From Terriglobia bacterium (GTDB lineage: Bacteria; Acidobacteriota; Terriglobia; 20CM-2-55-15), in the NCBI GenBank assembly GCA_965198225.1, contig CBDAOY010000009.1, forward strand, positions 800,001 to 864,000: a DNA stretch of 64,000 nucleotides, in the 5' to 3' direction. This document shows positions 9,866-20,026 of the stretch, in pieces. A program made the position numbers and the translations under genes. Each line of letters begins with the position of its first letter. Position 1 is the stretch's first letter. A model generated the notes under the pieces. That model saw nothing but the letters and a program-made list of their open reading frames with translations. It did not search any database and was not told the DNA's origin.

Positions 9866-10846
9866 ATGAGCGAATCGCCAATCCTCGAAATCGAGGATCT
9901 CGTCGTCGAGTTCGCGACCGAGGATGGCGCCGTGCGTGCCGTCGACGGGCTTTCGCTCTCGATCGGCGCCAGCGAGATCGTCGGTCTCGTCGGCGAATCC
10001 GGCTGCGGCAAGAGCGTGACGGCGCTCGCGCTGCTCGGCCTCGTACCGTCGCCGCCCGGCCGCGTATCTGCGGGGTGTCTGCGTTTTGACGGTCAGGAAT
10101 TGCATCAGCTCGACGAGGCGGGGCTCCGAAAACTGCGCGGCGCCGGTATCGCGATGATCTTCCAGGAACCAATGACGGCCCTGAATCCGGTGTTCACGGT
10201 GGCGAGCCAGATGACAGAAGTGCTTAGACGCCAGCGCGGCCTCGAGGCAGCGGCTGCGCGTGCCAGCGCGGCCGAGTGGCTCGATCGCGTCGGCATACCC
10301 GAGCCGGAGCAACGCCTCGGCGATTATCCGCACGAGCTCTCGGGCGGCATGCGCCAGCGCGTCATGATCGCAATGGCGCTCGCCTGCGAACCGAAGCTTC
10401 TGATCGCAGACGAACCGACGACCGCCCTCGACGTGACGATTCAGGCCCAGGTGCTCGAGCTCATGCTGTCGCTGGCGCGCGAGACGGGCACGGCCATGCT
10501 GCTGATCACCCACGATCTTGGCGTCGTCGCCGAGACCTGCGATCGGGCCTGCGTCATGTACTGCGGCCGGCTCGTCGAGGCCGCGTCCGTCGAAGATCTC
10601 TTTGCGGCGCCTCGACATCCCTATTCGGCAGGTCTGCTGGCTTCGGTGACGCGCGTCAGGGCCGAGCGGCTCGCGACGTTGCCGACGATCCCCGGCGTCG
10701 TGCCGGATCCGGCGCACCTACCGAGCGGCTGCACATTTCGTGACCGCTGCGCCAACCGAGAGGCGCGCTGCGCCGAAGAGCAACCCGAATTGCACGAGCT
10801 CGGGCCGGCACGCGTTGCCTGCCACTACCCGGTAGCGGTCCCGTGA
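9866..10846 (+). CDS. oppD: Peptide ABC transporter ATP-binding protein
   Basis: [31 protein letters not shown]-terminal Cys-containing oligopeptide ABC domain. Confidence 0.95.
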   Translation: MSESPILEIEDLVVEFATEDGAVRAVDGLSLSIGASEIVGLVGESGCGKSVTALALLGLVPSPPGRVSAGCLRFDGQELHQLDEAGLRKLRGAGIAMIFQEPMTALNPVFTVASQMTEVLRRQRGLEAAAARASAAEWLDRVGIPEPEQRLGDYPHELSGGMRQRVMIAMALACEPKLLIADEPTTALDVTIQAQVLELMLSLARETGTAMLLITHDLGVVAETCDRACVMYCGRLVEAASVEDLFAAPRHPYSAGLLASVTRVRAERLATLPTIPGVVPDPAHLPSGCTFRDRCANREARCAEEQPELHELGPARVACHYPVAVP

Positions 10847-11817
10847 CCGGCCTGCTCGAGGTCCGGAATCTGAAAAAGTACTTTCCCGTGCGCGGCGGCG
10901 TACTCCGCCGAGTCGTCGCCCAGGTCCGAGCCGTCGATGACGTGAGCTTTTCGATCGGTCGCGGCCGGACGCTCGGGCTCGTTGGCGAATCGGGTTGCGG
11001 CAAATCGACCCTCGGCCGTGCCGTGCTTCGCCTGCATGAGCCGACCGCAGGGGAGGTCGTCCTCGATGGGCGCCCGGTGACTGGCCTGAAGGCACGTGAG
11101 CTCAGGGAGCGCCGGCGGGAAATGCAGATCGTGTTTCAGGATCCCTATGCGTCGCTGAATCCGCGCCGAACTGTGCTCCAGACGCTACGGGAGCCGCTCG
11201 ACCTGCATGCAATCGGTACGCGCGCCGAGCGGCGCCGCCGTGTCGAGGAGCTGCTCGAGATCGTCGGACTCAGGGCCCAAGTCGCGTCCCGCTACCCGCA
11301 CGAGTTTTCGGGCGGACAACGCCAGCGCATCGGCATCGCGCGGGCGCTCGCACTCGATCCGAAGCTCATCGTCGCCGATGAGGCCGTCTCGGCGCTCGAC
11401 GTGTCTGTGCAGGCGCAAGTGCTCAATCTGATTTCGGATCTACAGCGACGACTCGGAATCTCGTTCCTGTTTATCTCCCACGATCTTGCCGTCATCCAGC
11501 ATGTCTCGCACGACGTCTGCGTCATGTATCTGGGTAAGCTCGTCGAAACGGGATCGGCCGACAGCGTCTATGCCGAACCGAAGCATCCGTATACGCGCGC
11601 GCTGTTTTCCGCCGTGCCGGTTCCGGATCCGCTTCGAAAGTCACGCCGCATCGTGCTGCCCGGCGACGTCCCGTCGCCGGCCAATCCCCCGCCGGGCTGC
11701 CCGTTTCACACGCGGTGCCCGGAAGTGCGGCCCGAGTGCCGGCGGCTCATGCCGGCCACGATCGACGTCGGCAGCGGCGCCACGCCGCATCGGGTGGCCT
11801 GTCATCTATACACCTGA
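10843..11817 (+). CDS. oppF: Peptide ABC transporter ATP-binding protein
   Basis: [37 protein letters not shown]. Confidence 0.95.
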   Translation: MTGLLEVRNLKKYFPVRGGVLRRVVAQVRAVDDVSFSIGRGRTLGLVGESGCGKSTLGRAVLRLHEPTAGEVVLDGRPVTGLKARELRERRREMQIVFQDPYASLNPRRTVLQTLREPLDLHAIGTRAERRRRVEELLEIVGLRAQVASRYPHEFSGGQRQRIGIARALALDPKLIVADEAVSALDVSVQAQVLNLISDLQRRLGISFLFISHDLAVIQHVSHDVCVMYLGKLVETGSADSVYAEPKHPYTRALFSAVPVPDPLRKSRRIVLPGDVPSPANPPPGCPFHTRCPEVRPECRRLMPATIDVGSGATPHRVACHLYT

Positions 11818-12285
11818 CTCGGGCTGCTATAGAAAGGTGTGCGTGAAAACGAGCGATACCGAATCTGCGGAATCGCCGAGAATCTCGAAGCGCTCGTATT
11901 CGAGGCTGTCCTGGCGAATTGCTAATTGGCCTCGCAATCCGTTGAAAGATATCCGATCTTCTGATTGCGGTAGAGACAGCTTCAATTGTCCGAATCGCGT
12001 GCTTGGGAATACTTCCGTTTACTCCAAATAAGCGACGTACTCCGCCCCGAATCCCTTCCCTACGTCCGACACCCCTTGAACGAAATCAACGACTTGGACC
12101 ATGGGCCGGGAGCCCTTTAGGTGACGGCCATTCCGCTAAGCTGGACGTCGATCATCCAGAGGGTTGATGGAGATTTCGGCGGGCAGCCACCGCCGCATGA
12201 AACGAGGGCAGATCTCCGAGTATGCGGTTTACCAGGACTTGAGCTTCTGATTGACGCCAACTCCCTCCTGTAGTCTTATTTAGGC

Positions 12286-14991
12286 GTGATCGAGCCCGGC
12301 TCAAGACTTGCACACTACGAAGTCGTTTCCGCCCTTGGCAAGGGCGGCATGGGCGAGGTGTGGCGTGCGCGTGACACAAAATTGCGGCGCGATGTTGCGA
12401 TCAAGGTCCTGCCGGACGCGGTCGCACGGGAACCCGAGCACCTGTCCCGCTTCCGGCGTGAAGCACGAGCCTTGGCCGCGCTGAATCATCCGAACATTTC
12501 GGCCATCTACGGTCTGGAAGAACACGATCAGATTCATTTCCTCGTCCTGGAACTGGTTGAAGGCGACACCCTCTCGGACCTGCTCGCGGGCGGCCCCTTT
12601 CCGATTACTGAATCCCTTCGTATCGGTGCCCAAATCGCCGAGGCCCTCGGAGCGGCCCACGACAAAGGGATCGTGCACCGGGACCTGAAGCCGGCGAACA
12701 TCAAAGTCACACCTGACGGTCAGGTCAAGGTCCTCGACTTTGGGCTGGCAAAGGCGTTTTCCGGCGAGGGCGACGCCGACCTGTCGTGGGCTTTAACCAT
12801 CACGGAAACCGTCGAAAGCCGGAAAGGGAGGTTGGTCGGAACGCCAGCCTACATGAGCCCTGAACAGGCGCAAGGTCAGCAGATCGACAAGCGAACTGAC
12901 ACCTGGGCTTTCGGCTGTGTGCTCTTCGAGATGCTGGTTGGCAAGCGCCCATTTGCAGGAATTACCCTGTCCGACACGATCGCCCGAGTACTGGAGCGGG
13001 ACCCTGACTGGGATGCGTTGCCCAAGGGAACGCCAGCGAGGATGCGTGATCTGCTGGAACGTTGCCTGGAAAAGGATGCTCGAAACCGGCAACGGGATTT
13101 TGGGGATGTGCGGATCGAGATCGAGCGCGCTCTGTCGGAGACGGTGATCCCGTCACACGAAGTTTCCTCGGCATCGGGACTGCCATTGAACCGGGTGATC
13201 TCAGCCGTGGTTGTCGTTGGATTGATAAGCGTCGCGACCGGCCTCATCATCTGGAATTCCGGGTCGCCGGGGTTGGAGACGGTTTCCGGACCACCCCGAC
13301 TGGAGAACATCGAACGCCTCACCAGTCTGCCGGGAAACGAAAGCCAACCGGCCTGGTCTCCAGATGCGCAATTCGTAGCTTTTACTTCAGGAACATCCGG
13401 AAACAGAGACATCTGGATCAAGGCGGTCAGCGGAGGTGAACCGATCCAACTGACCCACCATGAGGCTGATGACTACACTCCGGACTGGTCGCCTGACGGA
13501 AAGCAGATCGTATTCCGTTCGAACCGTACAAATGGTGGGCTGTACACAATAGATGCTTTTGGGGGCGATGCGCGGCGCATTGCCGATTTCGGCTACCGGC
13601 CCCGTTGGTCACCGGACGGTCGGCAGGTTGTCTTTCAGCTGCGAGGCGGAACCCTGATACCCAACGAGATCTATGTCTTGGATTATCCGCCCGACGAACC
13701 GCCTCAGAAGTTACTGGCATGGGAAGACGGTCAAGATCCATATACCAACGCCGACTGGTCGCCCGACGGCGAGTATCTCGTTTACCGAACCGGCCAATAT
13801 GTGGCCGGGCCAGGTGTTGCCATCGCGGCCGTAGAGAATCCCAGCGATCAGTTCTTCCTGGAAGTTGACGGCGAGAAACTTAGGTTCGCGCAACCAGTTT
13901 GGGCCAGGGACGGCAGAGGAATCATTGGTGTGCGCAGTTCCGGTCGGACTGGTGGCGCCTTGTGGTACGCCGGGCTGGACCAAAATCGCCGAGCCACTTC
14001 AATTTCGCGGTTGACCACCGGGGTGGGGGATGGCAACCCCGATGTTACACGGGATGGAAAGCGGCTCGCATACACAACCGCTGCCGGCCACTTTGACATT
14101 TGGAAAGTAGAGCTGGATCTCAGATCGGGTCAGCCTGCCGGAGATCCGAAGCCGTTGATCGGGAGCCCGTCAAACGATGAGTTCCCGGCCATTCTCCCTG
14201 ACGACCGCCACGTACTCTTCATTTCGGATCGGGCCAACGAGCGGCATCTATACGTTTCCGATCCCGAAGGTGGCGACGTCCGCCTGGTCGACAACAGCCG
14301 AGACTGGGGGCGCATCCCTTCGGTTTCGCCCGACGGCAGATGGGTCGCCTTGCAGGTTGGACCGCCTACTGAAACCTATCTGATTCCGTTCGATCCGGTA
14401 ACCCAGCAGGCCTTAGGTTCGCCTAGAAGTGTCGGCGTACAGGCCGCGTCCAACTGGTCGCCGGATGGGAAGTACCTTTTGTTTACAGGTTCCGATGTGC
14501 TTGGATCTGGGGGAATCGATGTGCTGGACCTGTCTGGCAGTGAAGCGAAGAAAGTCTTCTGGCCTTTCAGTGCTGGCTTCCTGGAGAAGTATCCGAGGAA
14601 GATCATTGGCTATTTCTCCCGCGACGGTAACTGGATCGCGTTCGGCGCGTACAAAGAGCGCGACAAACCCGCAATCTTCGTTGTCAGACCCGGGTCGACC
14701 GAGCCGCACTTGATCTGGGAAGGGGCCGCAAACCCGATGTGGGGGCCAACCATGGAAAAGATCTATATGTGGTCGGAGCGTCCGGATGAAACTCAGGGCA
14801 GACTGGGCTTTGTTGTATTCGATACAGAGACAGGGGCACCGACGAGCGACTTCCAGCCTTTGAACCTGGAACAAAGTGCACGATCGGGCTACAGTGCGGC
14901 GTCGATAAGCAGTGATGGAAAGTGGTTAGTCTATTTCTCCGAAACGGTCGAAGGCGACATCTATGTTGCCGATCTCGTGCCCTCAAGTTGA
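12286..14991 (+). CDS. Hanks-type Ser/Thr protein kinase with TM helix and C-terminal TolB-like (PD40) beta-propeller repeats
   Basis: GKGGMGEV, VAIK, HRDLKPAN, DFG, YMSPEQ; repeated WSPDG motifs. Confidence 0.95.
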   Translation: MIEPGSRLAHYEVVSALGKGGMGEVWRARDTKLRRDVAIKVLPDAVAREPEHLSRFRREARALAALNHPNISAIYGLEEHDQIHFLVLELVEGDTLSDLLAGGPFPITESLRIGAQIAEALGAAHDKGIVHRDLKPANIKVTPDGQVKVLDFGLAKAFSGEGDADLSWALTITETVESRKGRLVGTPAYMSPEQAQGQQIDKRTDTWAFGCVLFEMLVGKRPFAGITLSDTIARVLERDPDWDALPKGTPARMRDLLERCLEKDARNRQRDFGDVRIEIERALSETVIPSHEVSSASGLPLNRVISAVVVVGLISVATGLIIWNSGSPGLETVSGPPRLENIERLTSLPGNESQPAWSPDAQFVAFTSGTSGNRDIWIKAVSGGEPIQLTHHEADDYTPDWSPDGKQIVFRSNRTNGGLYTIDAFGGDARRIADFGYRPRWSPDGRQVVFQLRGGTLIPNEIYVLDYPPDEPPQKLLAWEDGQDPYTNADWSPDGEYLVYRTGQYVAGPGVAIAAVENPSDQFFLEVDGEKLRFAQPVWARDGRGIIGVRSSGRTGGALWYAGLDQNRRATSISRLTTGVGDGNPDVTRDGKRLAYTTAAGHFDIWKVELDLRSGQPAGDPKPLIGSPSNDEFPAILPDDRHVLFISDRANERHLYVSDPEGGDVRLVDNSRDWGRIPSVSPDGRWVALQVGPPTETYLIPFDPVTQQALGSPRSVGVQAASNWSPDGKYLLFTGSDVLGSGGIDVLDLSGSEAKKVFWPFSAGFLEKYPRKIIGYFSRDGNWIAFGAYKERDKPAIFVVRPGSTEPHLIWEGAANPMWGPTMEKIYMWSERPDETQGRLGFVVFDTETGAPTSDFQPLNLEQSARSGYSAASISSDGKWLVYFSETVEGDIYVADLVPSS

Positions 14992-15452
14992 GGTTACAGG
15001 GATAGTGATGTGCTGTGCCGGCTCTGCGACTTCCGTCACCAGAAGAAAGAGTACAAATGATCCGAACCAGAGGTCTGCCATCGCGAGCTTCAGATGCCCG
15101 TATAGTCGTTAGCGTTCATCGGAAGTGCCGCGGCGAGCGCGGCCACAGGATGAGCGAGAAGTTCCCACCGCGGCAGTTTCGATAACAAGACTTGAAGGAG
15201 GGCGCTGGCCGAATGCGGCGGACGCGGTGGGCTATGGAGAAAGTAGCCGGAAGCGGGCCGGATCTGGAGTGGCGTTGGGGCGAGGAGGGGGACCGGCGGT
15301 CGATGACCGCGTCGATGGTGTGAATCGGAAAGCAGTTGGGTCGGGGAATCGGTGGGTTGAAAGGACGGGATCTGAGGGGATTTTGCAGCGGAGGCACACT
15401 CCGGCGAGGACGTGGCTGAACCGCACGTCGGTCGTCGGTTTGTGAAGGAGGA

Positions 15453-16622
15453 TTAGGACGTATCGCATTGGAAGGCGAGCCTCGCTACGAGTTGCAGAGC
15501 GGTGAAGCGTTGGATGAGAGTCATCGGTCCCTGACAGTGCGGACACGACCAGGAAGAGTTCGAGGTGGTGGTTTCGTCAGATTCGACCCTCGGCATGGCA
15601 TCGAGGAGTTGGCGACAGAGAGCGAAGGCGGCCGACCGGCGGTAGTTGGCCATGAATCCGAAGTGTCGGATGCGGACGAAGCCCTTCGGCAGAACGTGCA
15701 ATAAGAACCGTCGGATGAACTCGTCGGCCGCGAGTGTCATGATGCGACTCTTGTTGCCATTGCGGTAATCCCGCCAACGGAACCGGACCCGGTTACCGTC
15801 AAACGAGATCAATCGATGGTTGGAGATGGCGACCCGATGGGTGTAGCGGCCCAGGTAGCGGAGCACCTGTTCGGGGCCACCAAAGGGTCGTTTGATATAG
15901 ACGACCCAGTTGCGGGAATGGATCTGGCGGCGGAACCGCCGAAAGTGTTGCGGTTCGCCGAAGGGTCGAATCGAGCCGGACAGTTCGAGCGAACCGTCGG
16001 CGATCGCTCGCCCGAGCCCGTCGATGAACTTGCCACGGAAGACTCGGGCGAGCACCTGCTTGGGGAGGAAGAAGCGCCCAGAACCCGGAATCCAACGGGA
16101 CTGATCCGGAGCCAGTCCGCCGGCCGGTACCACGCAGTGGATGTGGGGATGGAACTCCAGGTTCTGACTCCAGGTATGCAGGATGCCGAAGAAGCCGATC
16201 CGGGCGCCGAGTCGTTTCGGATTGGCCGCCACCTCGATCATCGTGTCGGCCACGCTGCGAAACAGCAGGCTGTAGAGTAGGGCAGGGTTGTGGAAGAAGA
16301 ACGGATGGAACTGGTGCGGGACGGTGAACACGACGTGGAAGTAGGGGGTGGGCAGCAGTTCGGCTTCTCGTGCTTCGAGCCACCGTCGTCGGGCCTGGGT
16401 CTGACACTTCGGGCAGTGGCGGTTGCGGCAGGAGTTGAACGAGATTCCGGACTCCCGGCCACAATCGGCACACCGGTCGATGTGGCCACCCAGAGCCGCA
16501 GTACGACAGTTCAGGATGGCGCGCAGGACCTTGAGCTTCTGGATGCCGAGGCGGTGACGCTGGAGGAAACCTCGAACCCGGGCGCGGACGATGTCGGCCA
16601 CCTCGACGGCGGGCCGGCTCAT
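15453..16622 (-). CDS. IS91-family (Y2/HUH) transposase
   Basis: Start MSRPAVEVADI overlaps the integrase stop (ATGA); Zn-finger CRTAALGG..C..C..NSCRNRHCPKCQ, HUH motif HPHIH, YLGRY, F.RIRHFG. Confidence 0.93.
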   Translation of the reverse strand: MSRPAVEVADIVRARVRGFLQRHRLGIQKLKVLRAILNCRTAALGGHIDRCADCGRESGISFNSCRNRHCPKCQTQARRRWLEAREAELLPTPYFHVVFTVPHQFHPFFFHNPALLYSLLFRSVADTMIEVAANPKRLGARIGFFGILHTWSQNLEFHPHIHCVVPAGGLAPDQSRWIPGSGRFFLPKQVLARVFRGKFIDGLGRAIADGSLELSGSIRPFGEPQHFRRFRRQIHSRNWVVYIKRPFGGPEQVLRYLGRYTHRVAISNHRLISFDGNRVRFRWRDYRNGNKSRIMTLAADEFIRRFLLHVLPKGFVRIRHFGFMANYRRSAAFALCRQLLDAMPRVESDETTTSNSSWSCPHCQGPMTLIQRFTALQLVARLAFQCDTS

Positions 16623-17509
16623 TCGCCTTTCTTCTTTCTCAGACGGGGAGACGGTCCCAGATCGGGAACCGGAAGAGAATCGATCGGGTTCACCACGCGC
16701 TGCATGTGCGCCTGAGACAAATGGAGATAGAGGGTCGTCGCTTCCAGATCGACATGACCCAACAGGAGCTGGATGGTTCGCAGGTCGGTTCCCCTCTCCA
16801 GCAGGTGGGTGGCCCAGCTGTGGCGCAGCGTATGTGGGGATACTTTCTTTTTGATGCCGGCACGTTGGGCGGCTTGTTGGACGGCGTACCAAACCGTCTT
16901 CACATCGATGGGCTGTCCGGGCCGGGTCCGGAGCAAACTGGGGAAGAGGTACTCGCCGGGTTTCCGCCAACGCCAGTAGTCGCGCAGGACTTCCAGCAGT
17001 TTCGGTGACAGCGGCACGTCGCGGTCGCGATTGCCTTTACCCTGCCTCACATGGATCACCATGCGTTCGCTATCGACGTCCTCGACCTTCAGACGACACA
17101 GCTCGGCCCGCCGCAGTCCCGTCGAATACAAGGTCATCAGGATGACGAAGTGATAGGCACTGTTGGCGGAGGCCAGCAGTTGCGCCACTTCCTCTTCGCT
17201 CAGAATCGTGGGCAACCGGGACGGCTGTTTCGGATAGACCAGATCGACCTGGTGATAGGGACGGCGAAGCACCTTCACGTAGAAGAACCGGAGTGCGGCG
17301 ATCCGTCCGATGATGGTGTCGACAGCGAGCTTGCGCTCCTGAAGCAGATGCAGCTGGTACTGCCGCATCTGTTCCTGTTCGAGCTTGTCGGGGGACTTCC
17401 CGAAGTAGCGGGCGAAGTCTTCGACCGCGTGAAGATACAGCCGAATCGTAGCGGGTGAGTAGTTCCGGCGCTGGAGTTCCTCCAGCATCCGTTGTCGCAG
17501 CTTCGTCAT
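16619..17509 (-). CDS. Tyrosine recombinase (phage integrase family) with N-terminal SAM-like domain
   Basis: TGLRRAE, GKGNRDR, HTLRHSWATHLLE.G.DLR.IQ.LLGH, catalytic Y in TTLY. Confidence 0.95.
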   Translation of the reverse strand: MTKLRQRMLEELQRRNYSPATIRLYLHAVEDFARYFGKSPDKLEQEQMRQYQLHLLQERKLAVDTIIGRIAALRFFYVKVLRRPYHQVDLVYPKQPSRLPTILSEEEVAQLLASANSAYHFVILMTLYSTGLRRAELCRLKVEDVDSERMVIHVRQGKGNRDRDVPLSPKLLEVLRDYWRWRKPGEYLFPSLLRTRPGQPIDVKTVWYAVQQAAQRAGIKKKVSPHTLRHSWATHLLERGTDLRTIQLLLGHVDLEATTLYLHLSQAHMQRVVNPIDSLPVPDLGPSPRLRKKKGE

Positions 17510-17533
17510 GTGAGCCTCCTTGTGAGGCTCACA
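17509..17533 (-). promoter_or_regulatory. Hairpin sequestering the integrase RBS and start codon
   Basis: Minus-strand TGTGAGCCTC-ACAAG-GAGGCTCACA-TG: perfect 10-bp stem including GAGG and the A of ATG. Confidence 0.6.
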
Positions 17534-17824
17534 CTCTATCGGGGGCTCATCACTCTTCGCTCAGCACACGCGTAGCGTCCGCCGCGCCAGCGGCTTCGTT
17601 CAAGTCGCCTATGCTCCCATGTGGATCTTGCCAGAAAGGCCCCATTTCAGGCGGTTTCCAGTTTTCCGTATCGGAGGTCTATGAGGACCTGCTTCTGTTG
17701 TTGCTTCCAAACTTCCCACCTAGATAGACTTACCAGAATTTCGTAACCGGGTAAGACGCCTCGCGACCTAGGATCACACTGGAGGTCCGGCCGGAAAAGG
17801 TCGAGGGCCGGCGCATAAGGCACC

Positions 17825-18094
17825 ATGGAAAGCAAAGCTTCAGGCGATCGGATCGCCGTCAAGTTCAAGCGAAAGATCGACCTGCCATACGAGGAAGGAG
17901 CGGAACGGGCTTTTGCCGGCGCCGAGCGGCAGTGGTGGGATGAACTTGTGAGAGAGGTCGGCGCGATCCGGTTGGAGCCGCTTTTCGACATCAGGCGTGA
18001 AGCGGTCGACGCGCTGCTCGAGCTTCCGAGGACGACCTCAAAAAGTTCGTCGGCGCGACCAACAACCTGGCCACACGCCAGATCGGCTGGCTGA
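17825..18094 (+). pseudogene. Probable gene remnant (resembles N-terminal region of some S8 peptidases)
   Basis: VKFKRKIDLPYEEGAE...LEPLF recalled from memory; no catalytic domain follows. Confidence 0.3.
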
Positions 18095-18259
18095 TCTGGT
18101 ACTGGCCGCCATTCCGTCTTCTGAAGACGCTCCTGTACCGGCTCACAGGGTACACGCTCAGGAAACGGTGATTCTCGTCATACCAGGTTGCGTGATATGC
18201 CTGCTTGATGTGTTCCCTGCGAGACAGGGTCTGTCAATTTCGAACTAAGGGAGAGATCA

Positions 18260-19180
18260 ATGGAACCAAAGAAGACGAAGATTCCCGCGGAAGCGGTAGA
18301 ACTGTACACCCAATACATTCACGGTGAGGTCAGTCGTCGTGACTTTTTCGCCGGAGTGAAGCGTTTCGCCGTCGGTGGTTTTACTGCCGCGGCGATCGTC
18401 GAAGCGTTGATGCCGAACTACGCGCTGGGGCAGCAGGTTCCCAAGGAGGACGAGCGGATCAGAGCGAGCTATGAGACCTTGCCCTCACCGGATGGAAATG
18501 GGTACATCCGGGGCTATCTCGTCCGACCGTTCAGCGCCGATTCACGCAGCGAGACCCCATCGCAACTGCCCGGAGTTCTCGTCGTGCACGAGAATCGGGG
18601 ACTGAATCCGCATACCGAGGACGTGGCACGGCGCTTCGCCCTGGAGAACTTCATGGCATTCGCGCCGGACGCGCTGACGACAGTCGGTGGTTATCCAAGC
18701 GACGACTACAGAGGCGGCCAGCTATTTCGCACGATCGATCGCGCCAAAATGACCCATGATTTCGTCGCCGCCGCGCAGTGGTTGAAATCACGTCCGGACT
18801 GCACGGGCAGAATCGGCGTAACGGGTTTTTGCTTCGGCGGTGGTATGTCCAATACCCTGGCTGGTCTGCTGGGGGCGGATCTGGCAGCGGCCGCTCCGTT
18901 TTATGGCGGCGGAGCCGCGCCGGAGGACGTGCCGAATATCAGCGCGGCAATGCTCATCCATCACGGCGCGCTCGATACACGCCTGGTCAACGCATATCCC
19001 GCGTACGAGGCAGAATTGCAGAAGAACAACGTCACCTACGAAGGCCACATTTATCCGAATTCTGTCCATGGTTTCTTCAATGACGCCACGCCGGAACGCT
19101 ACAACAAGGCCGCGGCGGAGCAGGCATGGACGCGCACCATTGAGTGGTTCAACCAATACGTGCGGGAAGCCTCGGCCTAA
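18260..19180 (+). CDS. Dienelactone hydrolase family protein (YghX-like) with Tat-like motif
   Basis: SRRDFF, VVHENRGLNPH.EDVARR, GFCFGG nucleophile, HGFFND. Confidence 0.92.
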   Translation: MEPKKTKIPAEAVELYTQYIHGEVSRRDFFAGVKRFAVGGFTAAAIVEALMPNYALGQQVPKEDERIRASYETLPSPDGNGYIRGYLVRPFSADSRSETPSQLPGVLVVHENRGLNPHTEDVARRFALENFMAFAPDALTTVGGYPSDDYRGGQLFRTIDRAKMTHDFVAAAQWLKSRPDCTGRIGVTGFCFGGGMSNTLAGLLGADLAAAAPFYGGGAAPEDVPNISAAMLIHHGALDTRLVNAYPAYEAELQKNNVTYEGHIYPNSVHGFFNDATPERYNKAAAEQAWTRTIEWFNQYVREASA

Positions 19181-19468
19181 GCCAGGAGGGCGCGGAAACT
19201 TGCCTGGATGTTACGGGTGCCGAGTCCGGTGCCCGGCGTCATTTGGCCGTCGACTTCGGAACCACTCGACCCCTGCGGGCCATCGGTGTTCCACTCGGCA
19301 GCATGTGGTAAATCTGTCGCTCAACAGCCCTCCGACCACCAAACCATCCGATTCGCCAGGCGGGCTGGAATCCATATGCCTGTAGAATCGCCTACACGGA
19401 GAGTGGATGCCTGGTTCTTTGATTCACCTATTGGGTGCCTTTAGTGCGATGAGTTGTGCCGTGTGCCG

Positions 19469-20017
19469 TCAATCGAGAATGGCCTCAACATCGATCGTAA
19501 TAGAAACCTCATCGCTGACCACCAGACCCCCCTTCTCCATTTGAGCGTTCCAACTCACCCCAAAGTCCTGCCGACTGATGTTGGTTTCCGCCGTAAAGCC
19601 GGCGCGCATTTTGGGCCCTTTGTCCACCCCGTCTGCCCAAAATGGTGTTGGCCACTGCCCCAGATATCTAACGTCCAACGTCGCTGTCTTCGTGACGCCA
19701 CGAATCGTGATGTCTCCCGTCACCTTAAAGTCGTTCTCGCCGCCAACTGAAATCTCGTTGCCTTTGAAAATTATCTTTGGATGATTGTCGGCATCCAGAA
19801 AGTCACTCTGGAGCAGGTGCGCATCACGGTCGGACTCGCCAGACCAGAGGCGTCTAACGTCGATCTCAACTTCAACAGAAGAACTCGCCGGATCAGCCGG
19901 ATCAAACTCCAACTTGCCGTGCACATCCTTGAAGGCGCCACGTACCCAGCTCACCATCATGTGTCGAGCAGCAAACTGCGCCGACGTGTGCCCTGGTTCA
20001 AACGTCCACTTGGCCAC
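19469..20017 (-). CDS. YceI family protein
   Basis: H.S..F...HMMVS.VRG.F, RDAHL...DFLD, GDITIRGVTK, RQDFG. Confidence 0.93.
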   Translation of the reverse strand: MAKWTFEPGHTSAQFAARHMMVSWVRGAFKDVHGKLEFDPADPASSSVEVEIDVRRLWSGESDRDAHLLQSDFLDADNHPKIIFKGNEISVGGENDFKVTGDITIRGVTKTATLDVRYLGQWPTPFWADGVDKGPKMRAGFTAETNISRQDFGVSWNAQMEKGGLVVSDEVSITIDVEAILD

Positions 20018-20026
20018 AGTTCTCTC

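Larger units (their letters stand above)
15189..17606 (-). mobile_element. IS91-family-like element carrying a tyrosine recombinase, bounded by imperfect inverted repeats
   Basis: Two coupled genes; ends 15189-15225 (gacttgaaggagggcgctggccgaatgcggcggacgc) and 17575-17606 (gcgtccgccgcgccagcggcttcgttcaagtc) are inverted homologues. Exact outer limits are uncertain. Confidence 0.75.

Noticed and set aside
11820-12030. Short open stretch on the minus strand after oppF
   Set aside because: No start codon or recognisable family; may be a remnant but cannot be identified.
16623-16970. Extended N-terminus of the 505-aa transposase ORF
   Set aside because: Overlaps the integrase; the family-typical start at 16622 is coupled by ATGA.
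16619-17509. Integron integrase or prophage integrase
   Set aside because: About 296 aa with no obvious IntI-specific insertion, no convincing attC array, no phage genes; coupled to an IS91-type transposase.
5508-19400. 13-bp exact repeat tcgcctacacgga at 5508 and 19388
   Set aside because: Matches of this length are expected by chance in 64 kb.
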